The position numbers and the translations under genes are program-made. DNA of 61,775 bases from Moraxella sp. (GTDB lineage Bacteria; Pseudomonadota; Gammaproteobacteria; Pseudomonadales; Moraxellaceae). The DNA lies in the NCBI GenBank assembly GCA_041781275.1, contig JBHAZZ010000020.1:1-61775 (forward strand), given 5' to 3'. The notes below the pieces were generated by a model that ran no database searches, was not told the DNA's origin, and saw only the letters and a list, made by a program, of their open reading frames with translations. Within the stretch, counting starts at the first letter, position 1, and each line of letters starts with the position of its first letter. This document shows positions 1 through 10,267 of the stretch, piece after piece.

Positions 1-896
1 ATGGTGTTGGTTGAGCCACCCATAGCAATGTCAAGACTCATGGCGTTTTCAAAGGCGGCTTTGGTGGCGATGGAACGTGGCAAAACACTCATGTCATCTT
101 GTTCATAATGACGTTTGGCAAGCTCAACAATCAATCGCCCTGCTTGTAAAAATAAGTCTTTGCGCTTGGCGTGTGTGGCAAGCAGTGAACCATTGGCAGG
201 CAAAGACAGTCCCAAAGCTTCGGTTAAGCAGTTCATAGAATTGGCAGTAAACATACCCGAACAAGAGCCGCACGTTGGACACGCTGAACGTTCGGTGGTG
301 GCGACATCTTCATCACTGATTAAATCGTCGGCTGCGTCAATCATGGCGTCCACCAAATCCAGTTTACGCACTTTTTGACCGCTGTCGTTGGTGATGGTTT
401 CGTGGACAGTATGCCCATCGCCCAAGGTGCTTGCCAAGACTTTGCCCGCTTCCATTGGACCGCCAGACACGAACACGGTAGGAATATTTAGGCGTAAGGC
501 AGCCATCAGCATACCAGGGGTGATTTTGTCGCAGTTAGAAATACACACCAAAGCGTCGGCGCAGTGGGCATTGACCATATATTCCACGCTGTCGGCAATC
601 AAATCACGACTGGGCAAGCTGTACAGCATACCGCCATGACCCATGGCAATGCCATCATCAACCGCAATGGTATTAAATTCTTTGGCAACACCGCCTGCCT
701 TTTCAATCTCACGGGCGACCAGCTGCCCCAAATCTTTTAGGTGGACGTGCCCTGGGACAAACTGGGTAAATGAATTGGCAATGGCAATGATGGGTTTATT
801 AAAATCGTCATCGGTCATACCCGTGGCACGCCACAGCGCACGTGCCCCTGCCATATTACGACCTGCGGTAGAAGTTTTTGAGCGATAGATTGGCAT
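1..896 (-). CDS. ilvD: Dihydroxy-acid dehydratase, 5' part (runs off window start)
   Basis: Manual translation from ATG at 896 gives [27 protein letters not shown]...[13 protein letters not shown]...CDKITPG, the canonical IlvD N-terminus; missing from ORF track because it has no stop in the window. Confidence 0.95.
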   Translation of the reverse strand, partial: MPIYRSKTSTAGRNMAGARALWRATGMTDDDFNKPIIAIANSFTQFVPGHVHLKDLGQLVAREIEKAGGVAKEFNTIAVDDGIAMGHGGMLYSLPSRDLIADSVEYMVNAHCADALVCISNCDKITPGMLMAALRLNIPTVFVSGGPMEAGKVLASTLGDGHTVHETITNDSGQKVRKLDLVDAMIDAADDLISDEDVATTERSACPTCGSCSGMFTANSMNCLTEALGLSLPANGSLLATHAKRKDLFLQAGRLIVELAKRHYEQDDMSVLPRSIATKAAFENAMSLDIAMGGSTNT

Positions 897-1080
897 AAAT
901 TTTCCTATTGTTACATGGCGATTGGCTATTTTGGGCGTATTGTATCACTTTTAAGAACAAAAAAGCTATGAATAAACCGCCATATACTCACCCAACAGTC
1001 AAACCAACACACTTTTTAGGAATTTTGCCATTTATATAAACCCATACAAACCGCCATTGGGCTTAAAGTTTTTATTTATC

Positions 1081-1377
1081 TTAATTTTTCGCCCAACGCC
1101 GTTTTATCAGCTCAAGCAATTCATCGCCCGTATCCCAGTCTTCTAGCAACACATAACGCAAACGCACCAATTTGCCTTGACGCTGATAAGTAAATGCCGT
1201 GTCTGTTTTAAGCAGTTGATTTACTTTAATAAAAAATTGACCATCATCAATCAAAGCAATCATCTGCCCATTTAAAAACAGTCCCACCGACCCAAACATA
1301 CGCCGAGCCGTAACCTGCCCCAAAGAGCCAAGCCCTTCGTAGACAAAGGCCACAAATTCATCGTCAAGTTCATTCAT
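1081..1377 (-). CDS. TfoX/Sxy N-terminal domain protein
   Basis: LGQVTARRMFGSVGLFLNGQMIALI motif typical of TfoX_N. Confidence 0.8.
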   Translation of the reverse strand: MNELDDEFVAFVYEGLGSLGQVTARRMFGSVGLFLNGQMIALIDDGQFFIKVNQLLKTDTAFTYQRQGKLVRLRYVLLEDWDTGDELLELIKRRWAKN

Positions 1378-1981
1378 GCGTTTTGACTTTGATAAATGTC
1401 ACACGATTGACACAAGTTGCCACAAGTAAGGCATTTGTTACCCAAAGTAAGCGACCGCCTTGTAAAATTGGGGTATGTTTTAGCGTTCCTGTGGCAATCA
1501 GTAGCCCCAAAAGCCCCATCAAAAACGCCCTATCGCTCTTCCCCAAAGGCCCTTGATTGGCTCTGGGACTGCCTTGCATTTGTCCGATAATGGCGATCAG
1601 CTCGGTAAGCACAGCCAATCCATTGGCAAGCACCAATCCTTTTTTGTTTGTAAAATAAGGCGTCAATGCCCCAATCAACAGCGTGTCAGAAACGATGTCG
1701 CCTGCTTCATTTAATACCGCCCCTAGCGTGCTTTGCTGTCCGTGTTCTTTTGCCATCATGCCATCTATGGCGTTTAATGCCATGCGCACAAACAGCGCCG
1801 CAGGAAGCAGATAAAACACAGTTTTATTTTGACCTTTGTGGGCGACAAGATGGGCAGTGGCAGCGCTTAACACGACCGCCGAAACGGTTACTTGATTGGC
1901 ACTCACCCCCGATTTAACCAAACGGTCGCTTATGGGTCTTAATAGGTCTTGAAATTGACGCTTAAATTGATAAATAGACAT
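1370..1981 (-). CDS. CDP-alcohol phosphatidyltransferase family protein (YnbA-like)
   Basis: RMALNAIDGMMAKE...GAVLNEAGDIVSD motif, hydrophobic, GPLGKSDRAF. Confidence 0.85.
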   Translation of the reverse strand: MSIYQFKRQFQDLLRPISDRLVKSGVSANQVTVSAVVLSAATAHLVAHKGQNKTVFYLLPAALFVRMALNAIDGMMAKEHGQQSTLGAVLNEAGDIVSDTLLIGALTPYFTNKKGLVLANGLAVLTELIAIIGQMQGSPRANQGPLGKSDRAFLMGLLGLLIATGTLKHTPILQGGRLLWVTNALLVATCVNRVTFIKVKTHE

Positions 1982-2216
1982 AAGTATGTGATAAAAATAA
2001 ACGGTTTGTCATTGTACTAAAATTTTATTGGTTTTGGCAAATTGCTTAAAAGACACGTTATTGTAATTACACCGTTGTTATTTTTACCGCCTTATAAAAT
2101 CGCACCCATCTGTTTTTGGAATTTGAAGGCGGTTTACTTAGGGCAAAACATGACCCCTATTCAAATCCTTTTGTTTTTGTTAAAATTTTAGCAAATAAAT
2201 GACATTTGGAATTTGT

Positions 2217-3935
2217 ATGATCATCGGTATTGATTTGGGAACGACCAACAGTTTGGTCAGCATTTGGCAAGATGGTAAAAGCACGTTAATCCCCAACGCC
2301 TTGGGCAATGTACTCACGCCATCGGTAGTCAGTATAGACAAAGACGGTCAAATATTGGTCGGACAAACCGCCAAAGAACGCCTGATCAGTAGCCCCGATG
2401 TTACCGTCAGCGCCTTTAAACGCTTTATGGGCAGCCAAAAAACTTATCAGCTTGGCAGACATCGTTTTAGCCCCGAAGAGCTGTCCGCCTTGATTTTAAA
2501 ATCGCTAAAACAAGATGCCGAAAACCATCTGGGGCACGAAGTCAAAGACGCTGTCATCACCGTGCCTGCTTATTTTAATGACCATCAACGAGAATCTACC
2601 AAAGCGGCTGCCGTCTTGGCAGGACTTAACGTGGTGCGACTGGTCAATGAACCCACCGCCGCTGCTATGGCTTATGGTTTGCACAGCCAAAATGATGACG
2701 CAGAAAGTAAATTTTTGGTCTTGGACTTGGGGGGCGGCACTTTTGATGTAACGCTGCTTGAGCTGTTTTGTGGGGTGATGGAAGTCAAAGCGTCCGCAGG
2801 GGATAACTTTTTGGGCGGCGAAGACTTCACCCACGCCATCATCAACGGCTTTATCCAAGCGCAGCAAAAGCACGGCACAGATAAGGACTTTTGGCAAGCG
2901 CATTTTGCCAAGCTGTATGATCTTGCCGAAAACGCCAAACGCAGTTTGTCAAACGGACATGGCGCCACCTTAAAAATCAACATCAATAACAAAGAGTACG
3001 AATGGACACTAGACACCGACAGTTTTGCCGATTTGTGTCAGCCCCTACTGGAACGCTTTGCCCTACCCATTGAACGGGCGGTGCGAGACGCCGGACTAAA
3101 AGTGCGAGATTTAGATGCGGTGGTAATGGTTGGCGGTGCCACCCGTATGCCCTTGTTCAAAAATTTTGTTACCAAACTGCTTGGACGTTTTGCCACTGCA
3201 GGACTAAACCCCGATGAAGCCATCGCACTGGGCGCAGGCATTCAAGCAGGTCTTATCATGGAAGACACCGCCTTAGAAGAGCTGGTACTGACCGACGTCA
3301 CCCCCTATTCTTTGGGCGTTGAAACCAGTGTGCGAATCAATGACAACGAACGGCGATCAGGGATTTTTGCCCCCATCATTGAACGAAATACCATCATTCC
3401 TACCAGTAAAGTGGAAGAATTTAGCCCCATTTTTGACGATCAAAAAAGCGTTGATTTTGGCATTTATCAAGGCGAAGCCCGATTGGTCAGCGACAACATC
3501 AAACTGGGCGAAATCAGCGTGGCTATCCCGCACAATTATCGGGGGCGTGCCAGTCAATTATCCATCAAAGTGCGTTTTTCTTATGACATCAATGGGCTTT
3601 TGGAAGTGGACGTTGATACAGGCGACAGCAGGCAATACAACCTAACCATTGAAAATGGGGCAAAACGCCTAAACAGCCAAGAAATCCAAGCGTCCAAAGA
3701 CAAACTTGCCGCCTTAAAAATCCACCCCAGAGACACCATCGCCAATCGCACCTTACTGGCTCGTGCAGAACGTTTGTACGCTCAAAGACTGGGGCATGAC
3801 CGTGAAGAACTTGGGCGGTTGATTGCTTGGTTTGAAAATTTGCTTGACAGCCAAGACACCAATAAGATTCGCCATGAAAGCCCCAAATTTTCGCAGTGGC
3901 TAGATGACATTGAAAATAGGGACGATTGGGTATGA
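2217..3935 (+). CDS. hscC: Hsp70-family chaperone HscC
   Basis: IIGIDLGTTNS, TVPAYFND, DLGGGTFD motifs; short C-terminus with LKIHPRD typical of HscC. Confidence 0.88.
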   Translation: MIIGIDLGTTNSLVSIWQDGKSTLIPNALGNVLTPSVVSIDKDGQILVGQTAKERLISSPDVTVSAFKRFMGSQKTYQLGRHRFSPEELSALILKSLKQDAENHLGHEVKDAVITVPAYFNDHQRESTKAAAVLAGLNVVRLVNEPTAAAMAYGLHSQNDDAESKFLVLDLGGGTFDVTLLELFCGVMEVKASAGDNFLGGEDFTHAIINGFIQAQQKHGTDKDFWQAHFAKLYDLAENAKRSLSNGHGATLKININNKEYEWTLDTDSFADLCQPLLERFALPIERAVRDAGLKVRDLDAVVMVGGATRMPLFKNFVTKLLGRFATAGLNPDEAIALGAGIQAGLIMEDTALEELVLTDVTPYSLGVETSVRINDNERRSGIFAPIIERNTIIPTSKVEEFSPIFDDQKSVDFGIYQGEARLVSDNIKLGEISVAIPHNYRGRASQLSIKVRFSYDINGLLEVDVDTGDSRQYNLTIENGAKRLNSQEIQASKDKLAALKIHPRDTIANRTLLARAERLYAQRLGHDREELGRLIAWFENLLDSQDTNKIRHESPKFSQWLDDIENRDDWV

Positions 3936-5824
3936 ACTGTTGGCAAATTCTTGGCATAGAGCCGACCCCCGATGAAGCCTTAATTAAAAAAGCTTACGCC
4001 AAAGCCTTAAAACACAACAAACCCGACAAAAACCCCGAAGGCTTTAAAGCATTAAGAAGTGCTTTTGAACAAGCATTGGCTGTGCGCCATTATTACACAC
4101 AAGACGATGACGCACCCGATGAACCGTGCGAAGAAACTGATGATTTTGACAGCAGCCATCATCAAGACGAGTTGGATAAAATATCAAAAACGAAACAAGA
4201 AACAAATATTCACTTAGAAAACTCAGCCTTAGAAAACGACAGCGAAAATGCCGAAAATCTAAAACAAACCATCAACATCATTCACGAAACCATCAGCCAT
4301 AACATCACAGGAGAAGCACAAAATCCCCAAAACCCAAAAAATAACCTTGATGATAACAATGCACCGCCACCCCTACCAGACATCAAACCCTTGACCGCCA
4401 GTGAACTGTCTGACCAATGGTACGACTGCGCACACCGTGTTTACCAAGGTGAAGGCATTGAAATGCCTGGAAAATTTTATGAATACACAGACCGAGATCG
4501 AGCCAACGAAAAACACATAGACAGTCATTTGTTTGATGTATTACACACACAGCTAAAACAAGATTTTCCCGAACTGCCTTTAGATGAAAAAATAGAATTT
4601 GAAGAGTATTTAATAGAATTTTTTTATTATAGCAATAATATATATAAGCTGTCTTTTGCATTGGCTTTTGAAGAGTTTCATTGGCAAAACGCTTTAGACA
4701 GCTATAAAGCCGAAAATTATCCTTGGTATCAGGTGCAAAAAATTTTAGAGCGTTATCGCTCTACCATGCAGACTTTGGATAATTGGGACGAATTTTTTGC
4801 AGTATTATCAAAACATTATCCAAAAGTCTTTTATTATTATAACCCCAAAAACTACCAAAAAAATGCGGTGGTGGCTTATGTGTTATTCACCCTTAAATCT
4901 CTTAGACCTTATGAATTGCCACCGGTCAATGACGAATTACAAAGACTACATGATATACTATTAACCGAACAAGAAAACTATCCAAACAATGGTTTTTATA
5001 ACAGTGTTTTAACCCAAAGTAATTATGTCAGACTGCATAAATTTATTGATATCTTAGGTCGTCCTTTTTCTATTTTGATGACCACGGTGGCAATTCTTTT
5101 ATTAATTGCTTTTGTGGTAGTGGCTAATACAGAATACTCAATTCTTAGTGTCATATACTGTCATGTTGTTTGGTTGTTTTTGTTTTTTTCCTTTTGGAAA
5201 CTGCGTTATCAATTATTCTTTCACCCCGATAAATTTATTTGGAAAAAACCCCATGACACCATCACGTTGTCATGGCAGTACGGCAAAATCACCATATTTG
5301 CCCTTTTATTCACCGCCATTTATAAAGACTATCATTTAAAATCCATACTTGGAGAAATTGATGTCGTCATACAATCACCAAGTTATTATTTTGCTCATTG
5401 TTTTGGATTTATGCTTTGGCTGTCTTTATTAAAAAGATTAACGTCCGCTTCTGTTGATTTTATTGATGAACAATGGGTTAATGCATTTTTGTTGGTGTGC
5501 ATTGCTGTATTAATGCCTACCATCTCTTTACTGACCAATATCTTAGAAGCCAAAGACATTGTGCATTACTCTCCCTTATTTTGGATCATGTTAAGCGCTC
5601 CTGTGGCATTGCAGCTTATCATCACTCAACAACAAAATCCTTGGAAAATCATCACCAAACTCCAAAATGCCAGCTTGTCATTTAATCGTATATTACAAAG
5701 CATTTTAATGGTATTTGTGGGCGTTTATGCGTTTTTATTTTTAGTATCCGATCAATTTTCGCTTGGATTACTGACCGCCATATCATTAATGTTATTATAT
5801 TATGGAACCAAAGATAATGGCTAA
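3932..5824 (+). CDS. J-domain membrane protein (DjlB/DjlC-like HscC co-chaperone)
   Basis: MNCWQILGIEPTPDEALIKKAYAKALK...PEGFKALRSAFEQAL N-terminal J-like domain, multi-TM C-terminus, ATGA coupling to hscC. Confidence 0.75.
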   Translation: MNCWQILGIEPTPDEALIKKAYAKALKHNKPDKNPEGFKALRSAFEQALAVRHYYTQDDDAPDEPCEETDDFDSSHHQDELDKISKTKQETNIHLENSALENDSENAENLKQTINIIHETISHNITGEAQNPQNPKNNLDDNNAPPPLPDIKPLTASELSDQWYDCAHRVYQGEGIEMPGKFYEYTDRDRANEKHIDSHLFDVLHTQLKQDFPELPLDEKIEFEEYLIEFFYYSNNIYKLSFALAFEEFHWQNALDSYKAENYPWYQVQKILERYRSTMQTLDNWDEFFAVLSKHYPKVFYYYNPKNYQKNAVVAYVLFTLKSLRPYELPPVNDELQRLHDILLTEQENYPNNGFYNSVLTQSNYVRLHKFIDILGRPFSILMTTVAILLLIAFVVVANTEYSILSVIYCHVVWLFLFFSFWKLRYQLFFHPDKFIWKKPHDTITLSWQYGKITIFALLFTAIYKDYHLKSILGEIDVVIQSPSYYFAHCFGFMLWLSLLKRLTSASVDFIDEQWVNAFLLVCIAVLMPTISLLTNILEAKDIVHYSPLFWIMLSAPVALQLIITQQQNPWKIITKLQNASLSFNRILQSILMVFVGVYAFLFLVSDQFSLGLLTAISLMLLYYGTKDNG

Positions 5825-6482
5825 TACCAATCAATACTCCCCCAAAACGTCCAAGCTAAAATCTTTGTTATATGGCGCATTGATGATACTGGTGTTATTA
5901 ATCATCATCAGCGCTTATCAATACGTTAATGTCGAGAAAATCATGAATACCGAACAACCAAGCAACCAAACCACACAAAATACCATCATCAAAAAAATCA
6001 CCCTAAGCGAAAGACAAAAATATTTATTGGCACAGCCTGCTTTGGCTGATGATGTGTACATTGATAAACTGGTGGTAGAAAAATCCAAAAGAGAAATGCA
6101 CGCTTATCAAAATGGCAAATGGGTTAAAACTTATCCCATCGCTCTTGGCAAAAATCCTATTGGACATAAACAATTTGAAGGCGATAAAAGAACACCCGAA
6201 GGCATTTATACCATCAATGATAGAAACCCAAACAGCAGTTACCATAAAAATTTGGGAGTTTCTTATCCCAATGACCAAGACATCGCTTTTGCCAAAGCGC
6301 ATGGCAAATCCGCAGGTGGTTTAATTAAAATACATGGCATTAAAAATGGCATGGGAGATATCATTGGTGAGCGTCATTTATTATCGGATTGGACAGATGG
6401 CTGTATTGCCGTAACCAATCGTGAAATGGACGAATTATTTATTAAGGTAAAACCCAATATCCCTATTGAGATTTTACCTTAA
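5817..6482 (+). CDS. L,D-transpeptidase family (YkuD) protein
   Basis: N-terminal TM, GDKRTPEGIY, IKIHG...WTDGCIA catalytic His/Cys motif; start may be 5802. Confidence 0.9.
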   Translation: MANTNQYSPKTSKLKSLLYGALMILVLLIIISAYQYVNVEKIMNTEQPSNQTTQNTIIKKITLSERQKYLLAQPALADDVYIDKLVVEKSKREMHAYQNGKWVKTYPIALGKNPIGHKQFEGDKRTPEGIYTINDRNPNSSYHKNLGVSYPNDQDIAFAKAHGKSAGGLIKIHGIKNGMGDIIGERHLLSDWTDGCIAVTNREMDELFIKVKPNIPIEILP

Positions 6483-6486
6483 TGAG

Positions 6487-6510
6487 TTATAGACCAATTT
6501 CGCCAATAAA
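6487..6510 (+). repeat. Left att site: displaced hpt 3' end
   Basis: ttatagaccaatttcgccaataaa, 21/24 identical to 44654-44677; minus strand encodes FIGEIGL-stop. Confidence 0.88.
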
Positions 6511-6638
6511 TATTTTAGGCTATCTGCCACCATCTAAATAAATCTATTAATGTCGGTTATATTATTGATTTTTGGATATATATTTTCTTTTGTTTTCTGT
6601 TTTGTGATGTTTTAATGGGTTGTCATCTGCTTTATTTG

Positions 6639-6657
6639 GTAGTATGATTGGTAATAT
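6639..6657 (+). repeat. Probable integrase arm-type binding site, left
   Basis: gtagtatgattggtaatat, 18/19 identical to 44587-44605 just inside the right end. Confidence 0.65.
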
Positions 6658-6675
6658 AAATTAGGAGATATTACC

Positions 6676-7890
6676 ATGAAAACGGTTAAACCTTTATCCA
6701 CCAAACAAATAGATGCCGCCAAACCCAAAGATACCGCTTATCGCCTTTATGATGGCAATGGTTTATCATTATTGATAAGTAAACACAGTAAAATTTGGCA
6801 TTTTAATTATTATAAACCATTTAGTAAATCCCGCACCATGATTTCTTTTGGGCGTTATCCTGAAATCAGTTTAGCAACCGCCAGAAACAAAAGAGACGAA
6901 TGTCGCAGCCTACTTGCTCAAAACATCGATCCCCAAAAACACGAACAAGAAAAAATTAAACAAAAACAACAAGACAACCAAAACACTTTTGCCTTTGTCA
7001 GCCAACTGTGGTTATCTCATCAAAATTACGCCAAAAACACCTTGATGGGTGCAAAACGTTATCTAAAATACGCCAATCGCTTTTTGGCGGACAAGCCCAT
7101 CACCGACATCAACAGCCACGACATCATTAATGTATGTCAATGGTGCGAACAAGAACACGGTGGATTGATGGCAAGCTGTGTTAAAACCAAAATTGCCCAA
7201 ATTTTAGACTTTGCTATAGGGCGGCATATGTTAAGCCATAACATCGCTCGCACCCTTAGACACACTCATAAACATCACATACACGGCAACCACCCTGCCA
7301 TTACCAATCCTAAAGAATTTGCCAGGCTTTTACAAGACATTGAAAATACACAAGATGTCTCTTTTATCACCAAACAATTTTTACGGCTTGCCCCGTATGT
7401 ATTTGTCAGACCCAATGAGCTTGCCAGCATGAACATCAATGATATTGATTGGCAGTCATGTCAATGGCGCTACACCCCAAGCAAAACTAAACAAAGCACA
7501 GGCGTGGATCTTATTGTACCCTTGTCCACACAAGCCATGCAAATCATCAAAGAAACCATCGCTTATCACGGTCAAACCTACGTTTTTTATTCACCACGTG
7601 GTAAAGATGGACACATCAATCACAAACGATCTTCACAGTGGTTACGGCAATATTATGCCAACAAACAGACCTTACATGGCTTGCGTGCCAGTGCCAAAAC
7701 CATGCTTGAAGAAGTGGAGGGCTTAGAATACGATCCAAGATATGTAGAAATGCAGCTTGGACATACGGTAAAAGATGCCAATGGCACAGCATACAACCGT
7801 GCCAAATTTATCCGTCAACGCACCAATATGATGCAGGCATGGGCGGATTATTTAGACAGCCTAAAAGAGCTTGATGGCAAAACTAACTGA
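6676..7890 (+). CDS. int: Tyrosine integrase with arm-binding domain (P4-like)
   Basis: YRLYDGNGL and FGRYPEISLA N-domain; catalytic R (VRPNE), HGLR, LGH, AYN. Confidence 0.95.
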   Translation: MKTVKPLSTKQIDAAKPKDTAYRLYDGNGLSLLISKHSKIWHFNYYKPFSKSRTMISFGRYPEISLATARNKRDECRSLLAQNIDPQKHEQEKIKQKQQDNQNTFAFVSQLWLSHQNYAKNTLMGAKRYLKYANRFLADKPITDINSHDIINVCQWCEQEHGGLMASCVKTKIAQILDFAIGRHMLSHNIARTLRHTHKHHIHGNHPAITNPKEFARLLQDIENTQDVSFITKQFLRLAPYVFVRPNELASMNINDIDWQSCQWRYTPSKTKQSTGVDLIVPLSTQAMQIIKETIAYHGQTYVFYSPRGKDGHINHKRSSQWLRQYYANKQTLHGLRASAKTMLEEVEGLEYDPRYVEMQLGHTVKDANGTAYNRAKFIRQRTNMMQAWADYLDSLKELDGKTN

Positions 7891-7916
7891 CAGGTTATCT
7901 TATATCATGCAGATGA

Positions 7917-8525
7917 TTAGGAACAAAACACCCTTCGCTCCGCCTGCCGACGTCTTGTCAAGCCATTTAGCACCCTGCCCCCTGCTTTATTCCATAGCAG
8001 GAATGCGTCAGCTGCAGCCTCTTTGTTGCCTTGCTTTAAATGACGCACAACACTAGATTTAGCAAAGGCGCCTGTGCCGATGTTATAAGCAAGGCTTACC
8101 ATGGCGTCAAACATACCTTGAGTAACAGGAATGGGCACACCTTGTATGACACGACGCACCGCAGGAGCAAAGTCTTTGTTGATAATCGCAAGTTTTAGCG
8201 CTTTGGCTTCATCACGACTGATGGGTTTATCGCTCATTTTGACTTTGCGTCCATCTGTATAATAGGTGTTGCCGTATCCAATAGTAGGAATACCAACAGC
8301 GTCCAAATAAGGTGCAGAACGAAAGCCTTCAAATTCAGCGATTAATTGAAAGCCTACGTCTGATAGCTGCATGACATCATCGTTGGCTGTTGCTACTGCC
8401 ACACCAAGTAGGCTTGCCAGTGGTTTATCACCTACTACTGTTGCAATAGCGTTGGCGGCATCTACCTGACTTTGTGTTAGTCGTCCACCACTCATGCTGC
8501 GTAGTTTGTTAAAGATGTTTTTCAT
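7917..8525 (-). CDS. Endolysin, GH24 lysozyme with N-terminal extension
   Basis: FEGFRSAPYLDAVGIPTIGYG (E-x8-D-x5-T), FDAMVSLAYNIG, GLTRRRQAE. Confidence 0.93.
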   Translation of the reverse strand: MKNIFNKLRSMSGGRLTQSQVDAANAIATVVGDKPLASLLGVAVATANDDVMQLSDVGFQLIAEFEGFRSAPYLDAVGIPTIGYGNTYYTDGRKVKMSDKPISRDEAKALKLAIINKDFAPAVRRVIQGVPIPVTQGMFDAMVSLAYNIGTGAFAKSSVVRHLKQGNKEAAADAFLLWNKAGGRVLNGLTRRRQAERRVFCS

Positions 8526-8528
8526 GGG

Positions 8529-8870
8529 TCACTCCTTACGTTTTCTTTGACGCTGTCTGATTTTTAGTTTAACACAATACCGCTGTACTTGTAGCACAGC
8601 GCCACACCAGTACACCAATACTAAAAAATTGGTTAAGGCTTCGGCACGGCTCAAGCCAATATGCTCACTTTCAAGTGTGCGCATTTCATACATCACTGTC
8701 ATATTGCTAAGTAATGCCACGCTCCATGCAAGACTACCAACAGCAATCAGCCAAGCGTGAGCGACAGGGGTTTTGCTGTGATTGAGTGCATTTAAGTGCT
8801 TGATCAGCGTATAAACACCGAGCCCAAGCCCAAGGGTGCAGACAGCCGAATTAATTGCAGATACAATCAT
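8529..8870 (-). CDS. Membrane protein in lysis cassette (holin/antiholin candidate)
   Basis: About 3 TM segments, basic C-terminus, directly upstream of endolysin. Confidence 0.55.
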   Translation of the reverse strand: MIVSAINSAVCTLGLGLGVYTLIKHLNALNHSKTPVAHAWLIAVGSLAWSVALLSNMTVMYEMRTLESEHIGLSRAEALTNFLVLVYWCGAVLQVQRYCVKLKIRQRQRKRKE

Positions 8871-9244
8871 TTATCACCCCCTTTATCATCTTTGGTAAAG
8901 GGTAAATACTTGTCCTTTACCTTTTGATAAACATGTTCTTGTCTTTTTTGGTCGCTGATAAATACCAGCAGACCTGTGATGATTGGCGTTAAAAAGATAG
9001 ATCCGCCCAAAGCCCACACCATCAGTATTGATGATGGTGGCTCGGCATCACCATTTAAGTAAATCGCCATCGCTACCCCGCCAATCGTTCCGATCAGTGG
9101 TTTAGATAAAAATGGGAATAATAACCGCTTATCAATATCATCAATCTTGATCAGCGCACTGGCAACGCCGCCAAGCAGGGCAAACAGCCAAACCCCAAGC
9201 CATGAAATCAGAAAAGGGGCGTGTAGCCCCTGTAGTTCAGTCAT
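8867..9244 (-). CDS. Putative holin
   Basis: 3 TM segments, charged C-terminus, lysis cassette position. Confidence 0.6.
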   Translation of the reverse strand: MTELQGLHAPFLISWLGVWLFALLGGVASALIKIDDIDKRLLFPFLSKPLIGTIGGVAMAIYLNGDAEPPSSILMVWALGGSIFLTPIITGLLVFISDQKRQEHVYQKVKDKYLPFTKDDKGGDK

Positions 9245-9255
9245 TTTTTTTACTC

Positions 9256-9984
9256 CTACAAATGCCCTAAAATTGCTTTAGGGAAGTGGTTGAGATACCA
9301 TTTATTGATCGCCAAACCGGCATTGATACCGTAACTTGCACTGATTGATTTGGCAAAGTAGTGATAATCCTGCACCATGCCAGCAAAGTAAGTCCACAGG
9401 AATACGGTATCATTAACATTCAATGCTCGGGGCAATGGGGCATTGCTGAAAATCCAATCGGGATGGCAAAACACAGGGCAAAACATAATATGCTTGCCAT
9501 TATTAATATCGCCATTTATCCCGATTTTAAGCGGTCGATAATCGCTGTCATAGATAAGACGGCCATCAGCACTGTACACCTCAAGCCCACAGTTTGCTTT
9601 TGATGTTCTTGGTGTACACTCGTACAAGTGCGCTTTGATACCAAGCTGCTTCACCACTTCTTCGGGGTTGTTTGTCGTGACTTTGCTGTGTCTGTTTTTG
9701 ATATAATCGCCATCGACCCCAAGCCAAATACGCACTCTTTTTGACTTGTTTTGGTCAAGATAGCAAAGTACGTTGTACCCAACACCCTCAAAAACAGTCA
9801 CCCCAACGATGGGCGTAATAAGCGTATCAGGAACCGCAAAATCATACCAAAGTAACACGCCAAACCCATATTTTGTTGAGCGATGGCCATCCGTTGGCGT
9901 TCCAAGCGCAATCTCATGAACCAAGACGATATTTGGGTGATTTTGGTCAATTACCGTACCACGCTCATTAATAAACTCAAACAT
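9256..9984 (-). CDS. Tail-associated hypothetical protein
   Basis: Start re-assigned to ATG 9984 (MFEFINERG) overlapping upstream stop; GLEVYSADGRLIYDS motif seen in siphovirus tail-tip accessory proteins. Confidence 0.65.
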   Translation of the reverse strand: MFEFINERGTVIDQNHPNIVLVHEIALGTPTDGHRSTKYGFGVLLWYDFAVPDTLITPIVGVTVFEGVGYNVLCYLDQNKSKRVRIWLGVDGDYIKNRHSKVTTNNPEEVVKQLGIKAHLYECTPRTSKANCGLEVYSADGRLIYDSDYRPLKIGINGDINNGKHIMFCPVFCHPDWIFSNAPLPRALNVNDTVFLWTYFAGMVQDYHYFAKSISASYGINAGLAINKWYLNHFPKAILGHL

Positions 9985-10267
9985 AATATGCGACTCCCAC
10001 ACAAATATCAGCATGCTCAAACGGGTTAGCGATATACTTATCAACAAAGTAATTACTATGCCCAAGATGTGCAGAGTTGTACAAGTCAAAAAAGCTATTT
10101 GACACGACAGCAAGCGCCATCCGCCCCGCTTTGACCTCGTTTTGTATCTCAGCAGGGACAATAGTGTTTGTTTGACCATCTCCACGCCTTTTGACAAACA
10201 AAACACGACCAAGATTGCTATGCAATCCTAGCACCAGTTCGCCATTTTCGTCATAGACTTCCAACAT
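9977..10267 (-). CDS. Small tail-associated protein
   Basis: MLEVYDENGELVL motif, TGATG coupling to tail J gene. Confidence 0.65.
   Translation of the reverse strand: MLEVYDENGELVLGLHSNLGRVLFVKRRGDGQTNTIVPAEIQNEVKAGRMALAVVSNSFFDLYNSAHLGHSNYFVDKYIANPFEHADICVGVAYYV

Noticed and set aside
115-888. Three + strand ORFs
   Set aside because: Antisense shadows of ilvD.
9985-10212. Long N-terminal extension of ORF 9256-10212
   Set aside because: Overlaps the real upstream gene; coupled ATG at 9984 is more plausible.
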